Source: Azolla caroliniana (Eukaryota > Plantae > Polypodiophyta). From it: a DNA stretch of 64,000 nucleotides. Below the pieces are notes generated by a model. That model was not told where the DNA came from. It saw only the letters and a program-made list of their open reading frames with translations, and did not search any database. The stretch is from contig JBHGNT010000013.1 of the NCBI GenBank assembly GCA_043228905.1, forward strand, positions 9,858,001 to 9,922,000, in the 5' to 3' direction. A program made the translations under genes and the position numbers. Below, one piece after another: positions 32,171 to 46,205 of this stretch. Position 1 is the stretch's first letter; each line of letters opens with the position of its first letter.

Positions 32171-33394
32171 TTATATAACTAGAACATGAGTGGGAGAAGT
32201 GAGGATTGAAGATAACAATATGAGTAGGGTTAAGATTAAGCATGACGTTTGAACATTAGCTCCATTATTAATGAAGCCCTGAGGGACTCCTGGGAGAGGC
32301 TTATTGGGGTCGTAGGAAGGGTTCACACCATAGATTGCCTGTGCCCCGTCTATGTCATCTGGAGTCAGCTCGGCCTTCACTTCCCAGGTATTGAGGCTGG
32401 GATACATGACAGCCTTGACTACGGCCGAGTGTTCGAGGCCGATGACATGGCCGATCTCATGCAATGCCACGGACTGCAAATCGATTTGGTCAGTGCTACT
32501 GCTTCTTGCTTCTCGAGGAGGAGAATCCATGACACTCCATGACTCCGCATCGTCGAAATGAAGTTCCGAAGGAGGATTTTGATTGGTGTCAGGGTCGGGT
32601 GGCCACACGAGGGCATGTGCGAGCTCGCCGAACCTCCCGTCGAAAGGGCTGCCATCCCCATGCACGTTCTGATAGAACGCGATCTTGATGTCTGCTTTCG
32701 AATAGTCGTCGATCTCCGTGAAACTGAGGGGGACGACGGCCGCCCATTCCTTGAAGGCATTGGCGAACACCTCTCTCCGTTCGTGTGCCGATACCTGGGA
32801 GGTCTCGTTGACAGGATGGAATGCATAAGTAATGGCATTGCGGTGGGAGGGCGGCCATGTGCCGATGGCGGAGGTGCTGAGCGCGAAATGGTGGAGCGGA
32901 GAGAATGTGGGCCGGCGATATGGCCGTGGCCGGACACGGTGGTGCATTAACATGAGGGAGGTTCCATTGACGACATCGTGGCGGCCGCAGCGGGGAGTCA
33001 TGAGATTGAGGAGAGTGGGGTTGTCCAAGGTGCCCGACACACGGAGGCCGAAGCTTTTCTGGTATAGTTGGAGGGCCGCCAAGGTGTCGGAGTCGAAGTC
33101 ATCGGTCATCAGCTGGTGCTGTGATGGTGATGGTGGAGGCGGCAGTTGGGTCCAGGTCCAGCCCGGAAAGTAGCCGAAGTGGGCCAGGTATTGCTTGAGG
33201 GAGGAGATCCCAGGCTTGGAGTCCCCCAGGCCCACACCATGCAAGCTCCGGAAGTGGGTCCATGGACCATGAGCCTGCGTGGAGGGTCTACCTGGCAGTA
33301 CGGGCCCCCAGTCTATGGGTCGAGCACTAACCATTACGAGTGTATGAAGCGATATGAGAAGCAGAAGCAGAAGCGGAAGATGAGGATGATGATG

Positions 33395-33425
<31 letters not shown>

Positions 33426-33502
33426 AGCAGAGCTGGAAGAAGAGGAGGAATTGAGGAGGAACAGAGCAAGGGCTGCTGCAGGCGATGAATCTTCATCATC
33501 AC
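32171..33502 (-). CDS. MMP: Plant matrix metalloproteinase (metalloendoproteinase MMP, peptidase M10A), intronless
   Basis: Hydrophobic signal segment; LKQYLAHFGY propeptide; cysteine switch PRCGRHD; HGDGSPFDG..LAHA; HEIGHVIGLEH; Met-turn AVMYP; C-terminal hydrophobic/GPI-like tail. The start Met is uncertain. Confidence 0.95.
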
Positions 33503-35157
33503 ATCTGCTCTGCTCTGCTCTCTGTCTGTCTGTCTATCGGATGGCGTTTCCGAACTGTTCTCTTCTCTCTTCTCTCTCTCTCTCTCTCTGGTTATATTTC
33601 CATACGCAACAACCTAAGAAACGCAAACGCAAGTGTTGATTTGCGCGTGACGAAAACGCAAACGCAAACGCAAATGCAAATGCAAAACGCAGAAAATGAT
33701 TCATAGATAGATACATAGTGATAGATACACGAAAGGGACCATTAATATGAGCTACAAGTCGGGGTAAAATCGGGTTTATTTCAGTTTTCGTTGGAATTAA
33801 GGGCTGGGTGAGTTTTTGCTGTTTTTGTTTGATAGTTTTGGAGTTGTTTCTCTGAGTTTGTATATGTTGATCCCAGTGTGGATTCGGGTAAAAAAAGATA
33901 GCGATATATACACGTATACGTACAATACACATACACATGCTCACAAAATGTCAACAATTTTATCTACCAATTGGGCTATACATGTTCAGAGACCAAAATC
34001 TCGGAGTTGTACATATACAAACTCCGCACACTACAAACCTAAAAAATCGCAAGATGTAATGTGCAAAAACTCAGAGATCATGGCTCTTGTTCAGAGGATG
34101 GCAAGATAAACTCGTAATTTTTGCAGCTATTTGCATTAGAGTCTCTTGAAATCAATGTAAATCTATCACAATGCAAACACGGAACCTTCTTAGTCTTACA
34201 TATTGACAACCGCCTCTTAGCACCTCTTTGTTGTCTTCCGAGCACCTCTTTGTAGTCTTCCGGTGTGTGTTTTGGTTGTGTTTGGGGAGCTAACAATAAG
34301 TTCTTGTGAAATGTTGGGAGTGGCTCCTCTTTTCGCACCAATTTGTTGCTTTTGACCGATTGAACCTCTGGATGCCATATTGGTTGTTGCCGGTGCACCC
34401 ATAGATGAGAGCAACTCTTTCCCCGATCTACCATGATTTACTTGCAAGGCCCTGGTAATCACAATATGAACATTGGAGCAGGACATTCTACCATAGAGTG
34501 GGAGTGGTCATGCTCAATATTCAAAACCAATATCGGGCCTCATTCATAATATACGTTATGTTGTTATCAGTCACATATCTTTCTAGTATCCTCTCAAGCT
34601 CTTTAAGTCTTGACCTTTGATCCTTACAATTTGCATGATTCTGGAATCTACCACTCTCACATATCTCGTGTCGTTGTATGTACCATTCTATCACGCTCCC
34701 GCCGATGCAAGTGCAAGAGACACTATCCCCGATTAAGACATGTGCAAGTTTGGTAATAAACAAATTTATTCTCCCTCTCAATGTAGTGTACTTGAGAAAT
34801 TGCTAATGTCTCTCCACAAGATTGGTAGTGTCAACATGTCCATAGTTTAGTCTACCAAACTTGGGCCATAGATTCCTCCAAACACAAGTTTGTCCACACT
34901 ATCCAGATTCTATATATTGCAAAACCCCAGGTTTGTTTGTGTATTCCTTCCTTATCTCCTCACACATAACATTGAAGGAAGATTCTATAATTCATGCATG
35001 AGTTGGTGCACCCTTTGATAGAGGGGGGTTTCTTTGGACATCACTCACTTTGGGCAACAAGTTGTCAACCCATGATCTTTTAGCGTGGAACAAACACAAA
35101 AAAAGACAAGAACGTGTTTGTGAGTGTTCCACATTGTGACAATCGAAGATTCATGAT

Positions 35158-36820
35158 TGTAAAGAAGTAGATAAACAATTGTGGGTTAGTTAATATCTAA
35201 TTCTGTAATTAGTTAACCACATGCGTGATTAAGGAGCAGAAGCTAATGTGTATGTATATGTAGGAGAGGTTTTAGGTTTGGACTTAATGAACACTTATGG
35301 GGGATGACTTAAAAAAAATCTTGAGCAACAACACTTTGTATTAATTAGCATTAGTTACAAAAGGGCCCACAATGGGTATATATACATCTTGTGTGCAAGA
35401 GTGCACACATAGTCAAAGGGAATGTAAGTACAAAATCCTATTTAAGGGTGTGATAACTTATAAGTAGTGGGGGTATCTAGAGTAACTCCTATTTAAGACT
35501 TCACTCTAAACTAGATTCTATTCATGTAAGTTTGTAACTACTAAGTTACATGACAACCTAAATGCTTAAAACTAGTTGAGCTTGACTATCTCAACACGCC
35601 CCCTCAAGCTCAAGTGTGAGGTTCAGTGGTCGACAACAGTCGGTCAACTATTATGCTTGTTTGTTCGGCTTGTCCGATCTTCGAGCCGTTTTGGCCTTTC
35701 AAGGACCTTTCGGTTGTGCCTTTTTTGTGTCGGCCTTTCCAATCAACAATTTCGGTTCCTCCCCCTCAAGTTGGTGAAGAAGGCTTGGAGTATCAAGTGG
35801 TTGAAGGACGAGTGCTAGTGAAAATTGTTGAAGCTTGTCTGCCCCCAAGGCCTCGGTGAGGATATCAGTCGTATGTCTTGTAGTGCCTGCATGTTGGAGA
35901 TCGATGTCACCATAAATTATGTGCTCCTAAACATTGTGATAATGTGCCTCAATATGTTTGGTTTAGGCATGAAAAACCAAATTTCGGGCTAGCTGGATAT
36001 TGCTTTGATTGTCACAGTAGATGTGTATCGGTCCGTTTGTCGACTCATTGAAGTCTTTTAATAATCATTTTAGGCAAATTGCTTCACAGATGGCTATGGC
36101 AATCCCCGTATACTCAACTTCGGTGCTCGACAGTGCAACTGTCGGTCGCTTTTTGCTGCTCCAAGAAATTGCTCCACTTTCGAGTGAGAAGAAAAAGTCG
36201 GATGTTGAGCGTCAATCCGATACATAGTCGGCCCAATCAACATCTTTGTATCCTTCTAGCTGAGCCGACAATCTTTTCTTGTAGAAAATACCCCTATCCA
36301 TGGTTCCACTAACTTATCGAAAAACTCGCTTAGCACAATTCAAATGTGTATCACACGGTGTTCGCATAAATTGACTAAGGAGGCCGACCGGGTAGCTGAA
36401 TTTGGGCTAAGTGATTGTTAAGTAGATGAGACTCCCAATTATTTGCCAATACTAAGTTGGCTCACACACGGTGTTGGAAGTTGCGTGCAACTTTAAGGTC
36501 CGATTGAGGAGACTTGAGATGGACTTTAGGTTCTTCGTGCCAAGTTTGAATAGTAGGGTCAAGATATAGTGGCATTGTGAGAGTAGGATACCAGTGGTGG
36601 TTTGGATAACCTCAATTCCCAGGAAGTAATGAAGCTTGTTCATATCTTTCATCTCGAACTTGTTAGAGAGAACCATCTTAATCCTATTGATTTCAGATAT
36701 ATGTTCTCCCCCAATTACCAAATCATCGACATATATGACAATGAATATTTGGTCACTTATGTTGCTCCTGATGAATAAGGAGTTGTCGGATTTAGACATG
36801 ATGAAGCCAATTTGGTGAAT
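35158..36820 (-). mobile_element. Copia F 3' fragment (RT-RH, spacer, 3' LTR ~35158-35596), related to D
   Basis: IYVDDLVI, FEMKD..LHYFLGIEV; PPT TTGAGGGGGCG, then TGTTGAGA on minus. Confidence 0.8.
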
Positions 36821-37629
36821 ACCGTGTTATCTTTTGTTGTTCCCTACCGACTAATCACTAAGGTCGATTTACACACACAGGTCGAATGACTTACTCAGAG
36901 TCATCTTATCAATAAGACTGTTGTCAGAGACTAGAGTCGGTCGACTCTGATTGCCACTTACTTCAACACTAAAACATATATAGATACTAAATTACTTAAT
37001 TATCTCGCTCTGATTACCAATACTCTCTATGGTTGACTGTATAGATCACGAGTAAGAGGAAATTCAGATTTGCAATTAACATAGAATACTGAATAACAGT
37101 CATGAATACAGTTTAACAACTTCACATAGAATATGCTCTAACTCAAAATTATAGTAAACTTATAGCAATATAGATCGATCATAAATTACAATGCCCTCAA
37201 CCCTTCTTATAGGTGGCATGAGAGTCTTTTTAAGAATTGTGCAATTGCATGTTTGGCAAGAATCCTACAGTTATACTCAACTAACTGTCCTAATATTTTT
37301 TACTTGCCAGCTTAATTATATTTTTTTACTATCCTTTTACATTCGTCTGACTACACACTTGTATGTTTCAAATACCTTTCATTTCAACTACGACTATTAC
37401 TAAGACTATACTTAGACTATGGCTATACTTTCGAGTAGCTCATCGAGTTATGCTTTGGCTAGCCGATCGGCTCACACATGGCATGCTCGTGGGACAATGC
37501 CTTGCATGGTCGAACCCCAAATTTAGGCACCGGTGACATCCTCGTCTTCGTCGTTGTTCTGGTCATCCTCCTTAGGCTTAGCCAAATCGGCTGAGGTAGC
37601 CAAATTGGACAAGAGAATGACTGGAAGAA

Positions 37630-38443
37630 GACCAACTAAGGGAAGACAACCCAACTTCGGGGGGAGCGTCTGAATGAGTGAGCTAGAGCCAGCTAAACAT
37701 AGGGGCAGAGCTGGAAAGGAGAAGAAAGCCAGGAAGTGCTTAAACTAAGATAGCCAAAGATTGGGTTGAAGACGAATCGGAGACAATCGATTCGGATGAG
37801 AGGAATGATTCGGACGAGCCAAATCATATGAAGGTGAGGTGGTAGCCGAAGCCGACACCGATACGGAGGAGCCAATGGGTCGAAGGGCACCAAATCCGCA
37901 AAGGCAAGGAGAAGGCCGTCAAGGGCCTTAGAAGCAAACGACCGACTGGGTGGGTAAAGGAGCGCGGGACCGGACGGGTCGTGGAGCGCAAGCAAGGGGG
38001 CGTGAAGCTAGGAGAAGCCAGAGTGGAGGACCAGTTGGACTTGACAAACGGAGACCTCAAGTTGAGCTTGAGGGGGAGTGTTGAGAGACAAACTCAACAT
38101 GGAGCCAGACCGGCTGAAGAAGCTAGCAGGCCGTTGGAGGCCTTTATTCCTATTCTTAGTAATAGGAATATTAAGTACAGTCAGTGTCATATGCCCTTAT
38201 GTGAGCATTAAAGTACTTGTTAGTGCTTGAGTCAGCCTATGTAAGAGGCTTGTATAAAAGTGCTCATTGAGCACAATTGTATGTACAAAGTGTTATTATT
38301 TTGAATATAGTTTTTGTGTCTGCTCATATTTGTCTCTCCCTCTCCCTCTCTCCCTCTTTGTGTATACCGAACCGTTTACAGGTGTCCGGCTTAACCGGTT
38401 GTATTCTTTGTGAACAAGCTTCTGCATATGCTAATCTTTTACA
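37630..38443 (+). mobile_element. Copia D-family 3' end with LTR 38079-38443
   Basis: CTCAAGTTGAGCTTGAGGGGGAG|TGTTGAGA identical to D; LTR similar to 17383-17803. Confidence 0.75.
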
Positions 38444-41400
38444 TACATCAAAAGGTGAGCAAGTTTATATCATCATGTGAAGTCCTATAGTTCTACACAC
38501 AATAGCGATGCCATAACTAAGACATTGTTCCATCAAGACTGATATTGTAAGTCCAAGATTAGAAGACTTAAACTCAATCATGTTAGTGCACATCAAGGGT
38601 ATAGTTTCTTGTTTTCTTCCTTATGGAGAATTTGACCATAAGAATATATCTGCTCAATATTTATAAACCAATCATCAAGAAACTCAACCATGCCATCATC
38701 ATAGCCCCCCGCATCATTATGTTGAGTAGGTGGATTGACATTTCTTGTATGTTATTTCCTTAATCTTTTGTAACTCTTTCGATAATTGTCATGAAGTACC
38801 TACATGTAATCTTTGGATAGTGGGGTTAGGTTGTATGCTAGTCTCAAGTGTGTTAAAAAATTAGCCTAAGTTGATGCCTTTAGGAATATACAAGACAATT
38901 TTGTTAAACTGTTTAAGAACACATTTGAAGACATTAAAAGAAAGAGGACACGCCCAAATGATGTCAAAAGTTTGTCTTCTCCAAATATAATTAATCAAAA
39001 TCACACCAACGTAATGATCTAATGGCTAGCATTGTAAGATAGACACTTACATCTTGAGTCATATTCTTAGGTATATTGTCATTATATGTGCTACAAATGT
39101 GCAATTAGTTGTATTATGTCTCCATTGCTACTAATGATAAGGATATCTATATTTCCTTGAGGGTATGGTATCTTATCTATATACAATTGTAGATCATATT
39201 GGCATTCCATTTCACTTTCTATTAGTGATGCAACATTTGCATAAACACCATATCTTTTTAGGCTTCTACTAAATTGGACTAATTGATTCCATGTAGTCCA
39301 CGTGTATATATCTAGGCCCACAAAAGGATATTAGTGTAACTTCTTAATGGGGAGGGATATGTACCTCCTTTGTGATGAACAAGCGTCGACCAACTTTGTG
39401 AGATATGGTGGATGGGGCGGGGCTATCATATAACAATTACCCAAAAAACTAAAAATTGTTGGCCGGGCAGGACGACCAAAGTATGAAAGGGCCGAAAGAT
39501 GGCCAAAGTGTGAAAGGATCGTAGGGACAAGCACAAGTCATAACCCAACCAAGTGGGGCCAGACGAGCAACCAATGTGGTGGATCCAGTAGGGTGGAGCT
39601 GGCCAAGAACTGGACAAAAGTTTAGAATGTAACATAATGTATGTAAATAACTAGAGAGAGAGAGAGGTAATGGTTCATGCACTTGAGGCATGCAATCTTA
39701 TAAACAGGGGATCAGTTGTATGGAGTCAGTCCAGATAGTAGATTTCTCTGTTTTGTATAAACGCTACATCTATACTTTTGCATTCGTTTCCCTACTTGTA
39801 CTGTGCATTGTGTATTGTGTAAGTTGAGCGGTTGAAGCCGACTCAAGTCTAGTTCAAAGTGTATATGTGTATTGGATCACCCGACCAGGTATCGTTTTGT
39901 TTGAGCATAACTTTATGTGTTCTATGTACAGTTGCAGTCATCGACGTGCAACCGGCTAGTACTATCCACCCTCAGACCACAAGACATTTGATTCAGATAC
40001 TTAGGGAGTAAGCATCTGACCCGTGTTATATCGGGAGGGTATAACACAGTTTGGCACGCCCGGTTTGATCTATGAAGACACAACGACCAGAAGCAAGAAG
40101 CAGGATGGATGTCAGTATTCCAGATAATAAAGCTTCTATGTATAAAAACGCCCTAACATAATGATTCTTATTGATGGTAAATATATCTTATTAGTTATTT
40201 TCATTTAATTTTTTGATTAAATACTTTCTTGTGGTAGGTGTTGTTGATGTTGCTGTTGAGGCCATTGATGTTTCTTCACTCGAAGCCATTTCTGCAGACC
40301 TTCCGGATCGACCTATAGAGAATGCTTAGAGAGAAAATGGATATCTAGGATTGTTTTGGCTTTGATACCATGTAAGTATTCCAGATAATAAAGCTTCTAT
40401 GTATAAAAACGCCCTAACATAATGATTCTTATTGATGGTAAATATATAGGTACAATCTTGGAAATCAGTTACATATGAACCTTCACGGTTCTTGAAGTAA
40501 AAGAGTTACATGTGAACCTTCATGGTTCTTTATTCATGCTAAAGTATTTTCTAATATCCTAATATATATTGCTTACATTAATAATGTTCTAACACCCCCC
40601 GTTAAGGTAAGCAATTTATTTCTTCTTAGGGTTTAGTAAACTAAGGCCAATTTTAGAACAACACAACCAATGCTTTTGGCTTGAGACAGGTTTCGTTAAG
40701 AAATCAGCCCACATGGTGGTTGTTGAAGTGTATTGTAAAATCATCTCTTTAGTTGCTACCAATTCTGTTATAAAGTGATGTCGAGCTCTAATTTGTTTGT
40801 TTTGATCTGTGATCTTTGGGTTTTCAGCTAACTTTATACACGATTGATTGTCACAATAGATCTTCATTTCCGAGAGTTTGAAAATGTCAAGCTCTTCAAT
40901 AATTGTCTTAATCCAAATTCCTTCTTTGGTTGTGAGAGCTGCTGCTACATACTCTGCTTCAGTACTTGACAATGCCACCGAAGTTTGTCTTTTACTTCAC
41001 CATGCTATAGCACCTCCAGCAAATGTGAGGAGCATACCAGAGGTTGATTGAGAGGTATCGATATCCCATCCTCAATCAGAATCCGTCCAACCTTGTAGGG
41101 GAGCATGAAGCCATCCGTTGAGCTAGGACGAATTTTGGAATTGGAAGCTGCAGTAGGTAAGCACCATGTCTTTAGTATGTTGTAGGTAGTAGAGAACCCG
41201 CTTTAGGGTTTGCCAATGTGCTATTCTAGGATTTTTCATAAACCTAGATAGAAAACCAACACAAAAAGATAAATCTGGTCGTGTACAACTTACCAAATAC
41301 CTGACACTTCCTAAAATTTGGCGATATGGAAGTGATGCCATGATTTTCTCGTCCATTATAGTTTGTGGACTATCATTAGAAGATAGTTTTCATGGTACTG

Positions 41401-42744
41401 TCATTGGTGTTTGAATAGGTTTGCAATCTGCCATGTCAAATTTCTTTAATATATCTTCCACCAACTTCTTTTGTGAAAGAGTGAGAGTACCTTCCATTCT
41501 ATTTCGAGTCACTTTGATACCAAGGCAAAACTCCATTGGTCCTAAGTCTTTAACTAGAAACTTCATTTTTAGTTGGGAGATGGTCTTCCTCATAGCATTA
41601 ATTGAATTTGAAGCAATAGGAAGGTCATCAACATATACACCAAGAAGTATAAAAATTTTACATTCCTTTCGGATGTATAAATTTGGTTATGCCTGAAGAC
41701 GTTTGAATCCAATAGATTCAAGGTAAGTATGTAGCTTCAAATGCCACATTCTAGGTGATTGTTTGAGACCGTATAAGGATTTCTTGAGTTTGCACACATG
41801 ATGAGGATTCTTTGGATCTACAAAGAAAGGAGGTTGCTCCATATAAATTTCCTTATCCAAGTCGCCATGAAGGAAAGCCGTTTCTACATCAAGATGGTGT
41901 AATTCTAGGTTTAAGCCAGCCCTTATAGCAAACATAAACCTGAGCGGAACTGCTTTAAGAGTTGGGGCAAAAGTGGATGTGAAGTCAAGGCCTGGAACTT
42001 GTGAAAACCCTCAAGCAACAAGTCGTGCCTTGTGTCGAAGTAGGGCTCCTTGTGAATCAAATTTCTTGGTCAAAACCCACTTGTTTGAGATGACATTTCA
42101 GTTTTCTGGAGGTTTAACAAGTTCCCAAGTGTCATTCTTTAGCAAAGTATCAATCTCAAGTTGCATTGCTTCTTTCCACTTGACACTATCCAGTCCATGA
42201 ATGGCTTCTTCAACACTAAGAGAAAAATCATCGTCATCAAGAATTTCTAAATCATCTTGTGCAAAATCCACTTCGGGAGAAAGATCAGCCATTAGTGCTT
42301 GTAATGGTTCAGTGATCTCCATAATTTCTTTCAAGCTTCTGAACTTAGATCTCCTTGTGGGAAGACGAGGGTAAGCATCTTCATCATCAAGTGATTCAAG
42401 ATCAAGATTTGGCTCGAAATGGGAGGAAACGGAGGAAACATTTTTAGGAGATGTAAAATATGTATTAAAATGGAACCCTAATTTTGAATCAGAGGGAGAA
42501 TGCCAATATTTTCCTGAGTTTTCAAGATTTGTTGTAGAATCAATTGCTTCATAAGTTGAGTAATGGGATATTGGTTCACCATCATTTCTGATTGTTGTGT
42601 CCTTATTGTTTACAACTGAGAAGGGTGTCGATGCAGATGCATGATCCATCGCTGGAATTGTAGTGGAAAATACGGGACCTATTGTTGTTGTTTGTCCTAT
42701 CGAAAGCACCTTTGGAACTGTTGATGTTATCGTAGGTGTTACAG

Positions 42745-43379
42745 TACGAGATGTACGGGTGATTGATAACTGTGATAAGTGAGGGTGAAAGATGTAATGT
42801 GTGGATATGTATGTGTAATGTTATACGATTATGAGTGTGAATGTAAGTGTGAGTGTGGTGATCGCCAAAAGGTGTTGTATGTTTTAGGGTTAGGGTTAAT
42901 GGTAATGGTGATTGGTGATGGAGATGACGAAGATAGACATGGTATAATAATGAAGATAATGGAGAGTATGATGGTGAGAGAGATCATGAAGATGTTGACA
43001 AGCATTGAGAAGCATTGCGGGGTGGGGGGTGGTGCCTAGAATGGCTCCACCATCCTCCCAAGGGGGTTCAACGTTAAGGGGAGGGAAGAGAGAGATATGA
43101 TGAGAGAGAGAGAGAGAGAGAAAAGAGAGAGATTGAGAGAGAAATGGTTCTTCTCTTCATTCATTCCCCATGAGGGGTTAAATAGGTACAAAGGGTTAGA
43201 TACACAAGGGTGCAAGCCCCTTGGGCATTCACACCTAACCACTCACTCACACCTCTTTGTATCCACCACACTCACACTTACATTCACACTCATAATCGTA
43301 TAACATTACACATACATATCCACACATTACATCTTTCACCCTCACTTATCAGAGTTATCAATCACCCGTACATCTCGTA
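42745..43379. mobile_element. Foldback/MITE-like insertion with 116-bp inverted arms
   Basis: 42745-42860 is the reverse complement of 43264-43379 with one mismatch seen; it interrupts the Copia J IN-RT linker. Confidence 0.85.
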
Positions 43380-45874
43380 TGGTAACAGTAGGAACCTTTG
43401 TTGTTGCCATCGGAATTGTCGTTGTCGTTGTTGAAACTGCTGGTTGTTGCCACTCTACTAATGTCATTTCAAGGTTTGTGTTCTCCTTCATTCTCAGAGG
43501 TTCTTCAATATGTCTTCTTTCTTTTCTCAAGTCATTTCCATTGTTCACATGCAATTGATTTTGCATGTCTTGCATTTCCATTTTTCCATGTGACAATTCA
43601 CTGTTGTAGAATAGAGCATCTTCATCAAATGTCACAAACCTACTGAATATAAACATTTGATTGCTAGGATCAAATAGTTTGTATCCTTTCACACCTGCAG
43701 CCTCACCATATACTACCATGATACATTTCTTTGCATGTGGATCCAACTTCTTCCTTTTCTCTTGTGGTATGTGACTATATGCAATCGAACCAAACACTCA
43801 TAAGTTTGAAAATTTTGGTTTATGTCCAAACCAAACCATGTATGGCGTGTGGAGACCTAGCACTTTGTGTGGTGATTTGTTTTGTAAATAGCATGATGTA
43901 GCTACTGCCTCTTGCCAAAACCAATGTTCAAGTCCTGCCACTTGCAACATGCTTCTACTTGCATGTAGTAGTGTTCTATTCTTTTGTTTTGCCACTCCGT
44001 TCTATTGTGGGTTGTGTGGTACATTGAACTCATGTCTGATGCCATGTACATTGCAGAAATTCTGCCATTCATTTGAGACATATTCCCCACCATTATCTGA
44101 CCTAACGCTGTTGATTTTACTTTGACATTGGTTTTCAACGATGGATTTATAATAGGTAAAGGCTTGGAAAGCTTCAGAATTTTTCTTTAAAAAATAAAGC
44201 ATGGTAAATCTACTAAAGTCATCAATGAATGAAATGAAATAGTGATTACCGGAAATAGATTTCTTTTGGAATGGACCACACAAGTCTAAATGTACTAATT
44301 GCAACTTTCTTTCAAATCTGCGTTTGCTGAGGGGAAATTTCTGTCTCATTTGTTTCCCATAAATACATCCTTCACAAAGTGCAAGGTATGTAAATGGTTG
44401 TGTTGGCATACCCTCTCCAAGCTTATGAATTTGACATGTCTTCATGACTCTTGGATGTAGATGTCCGAGCTGATAATGCCATAATAAAGTATGATCAACT
44501 TGAGGGTTTCTTGAGGCAATGTGTGCTTCAATTGGTGTTTTGTCCATAGCTTGAAGGGGGTAAAGTCTTCCATGTTTGGGAGACACTATCTTTACAACTT
44601 GTCCTGATGGTAAGGTATATTTGATAATTGCACGGTTGTAATGAAATTCAATTATTGCACCATTTGTCATGGCTTCACTTACAGACAACAAGTTCTTTGC
44701 CCAGCCAGGAACATAGTATACATTGGATATACTAATCGTTTGATCATTGTCTATTGACAGATGAATTGTTCCCTTTCGTAAAGCCAACTTGATTGCATTA
44801 TCACCAAAGCGAACTTCCAAAGGTGTAGGAAGTTGGATGTAATCATGAAGAAGGTTTCTACTATGGGCAAGATTATGGGTTGCACCTATATCAAACAACC
44901 ATAAATTTTCCACATTGAAGTTTTGATTGGTTGCCACAAATGCTTGGATAAAAGGGTCAATATCTTCTTGTTGGTTTTGTACTCAGGTTGTGTGAACATG
45001 TGCTGAGTTTCTTTTACTCTTATTCCTGTAATCATATTGCTTCTTTCTATAGTCTCTTTCCATGTGACCCACCTTACCACAATATCGACAAATGATTTGA
45101 GAGGAAATACTAAGGGCACCTGATTTTTTAGTCTGGAATGATTTTTTATTCTGGACCTTGTTTCCATCATGTATAATTGGTATGTTCTTTGTGTACTTGT
45201 TATTGTTTTGGAATTTGTTTCTATTAAAATGACCTCTTTGATACTTCGTCGCAACAATCATTGCCATGTGTGGATTGTCTGAGACATTTTGAGGCTTTCT
45301 CCTTCGAAGATCTTCCTGCTTCATCTTGGAGATGAGATTTTGTAGAGAAAGTGTTGGATCAGCCCCATGGATCACTATAAATGGGCCCCATGAAGTTGAT
45401 AAGGCTCCAAACATGATATCTATCTTCATTTCTTCATCAATCTTGTTGCTCGTTGAATATGTTGTATCATATGCAGATTAATATTTGTTGATGAAGGTGT
45501 CAAGTGAGTCATCCACTTGCATTTCCAAAGTGACAAGGTAATGAAATGAAAGGACTTTGGTGGTTCGATCTGATGATTCGTGATGTTCTTTAAGAAGATC
45601 CCACATTTCTTTAGATGACTCAAGGTGTTTGACAAGATCGACTTGTCTATCTATTAGATGCATGATGATTTCAGATCTTTCATGTTCCATTCTGTTGTTT
45701 CAGGTTCTGTGGTTGGTTGTTCGATCTCACCTTTGATTATTATAAGTAGGTCCGTTTGTTGTAGGATGAGTTCCATCTTTAATTTCCACATCCTGTAGTT
45801 ATTTTCATTTAATTTTTTGATTAAATACTTTCTTGTGGTAGGTGTTGTTGATGTTGTTGTTGAGGCTGTTGTGG

Positions 45875-46147
45875 TAACATAATGATTCTTATTGATGGTA
45901 AATATATAGGTACAATCTTGGAAATCAGTTGCATATGAACCTTCACGGTTCTTGAAGTAAAAGAGTAACATAATGATTCTTATTGATGGCAAATATATAG
46001 GTACAATCTTGGAAATCAGTTACATATGAACCTTCACGGTTCTTGAAGTAAAAGAGTAACATAATGATTCTTATTGATGGTAAATATATAGGTACAATCT
46101 TGGAAATTAGTTACATATGAACCTTCACGGTTCTTGAAGTAAAAGAG
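45875..46147. repeat. 91-bp tandem triplication of a Copia J LTR segment
   Basis: Units start at 45875, 45966 and 46057; there is a single copy in LTR 40371-40594. Confidence 0.9.
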
Positions 46148-46205
46148 TTACATGTGAACCTTCACGGTTCTTTATTCATGCTAAAGTATTTTCTAATATC
46201 CTAAT

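Noticed and set aside
32249-33454. Antisense ORFs over the MMP, including a poly-Met ORF
   Set aside because: Shadows of GC-rich coding sequence and the (ATG/CAT)n microsatellite.
34078-35100. Short ORFs possibly from an old Gypsy gag/RT
   Set aside because: Only faint motif resemblance; cannot be supported without a search.
36830-37500. Possible solo LTR on the minus strand
   Set aside because: Termini and TSD could not be defined by eye.
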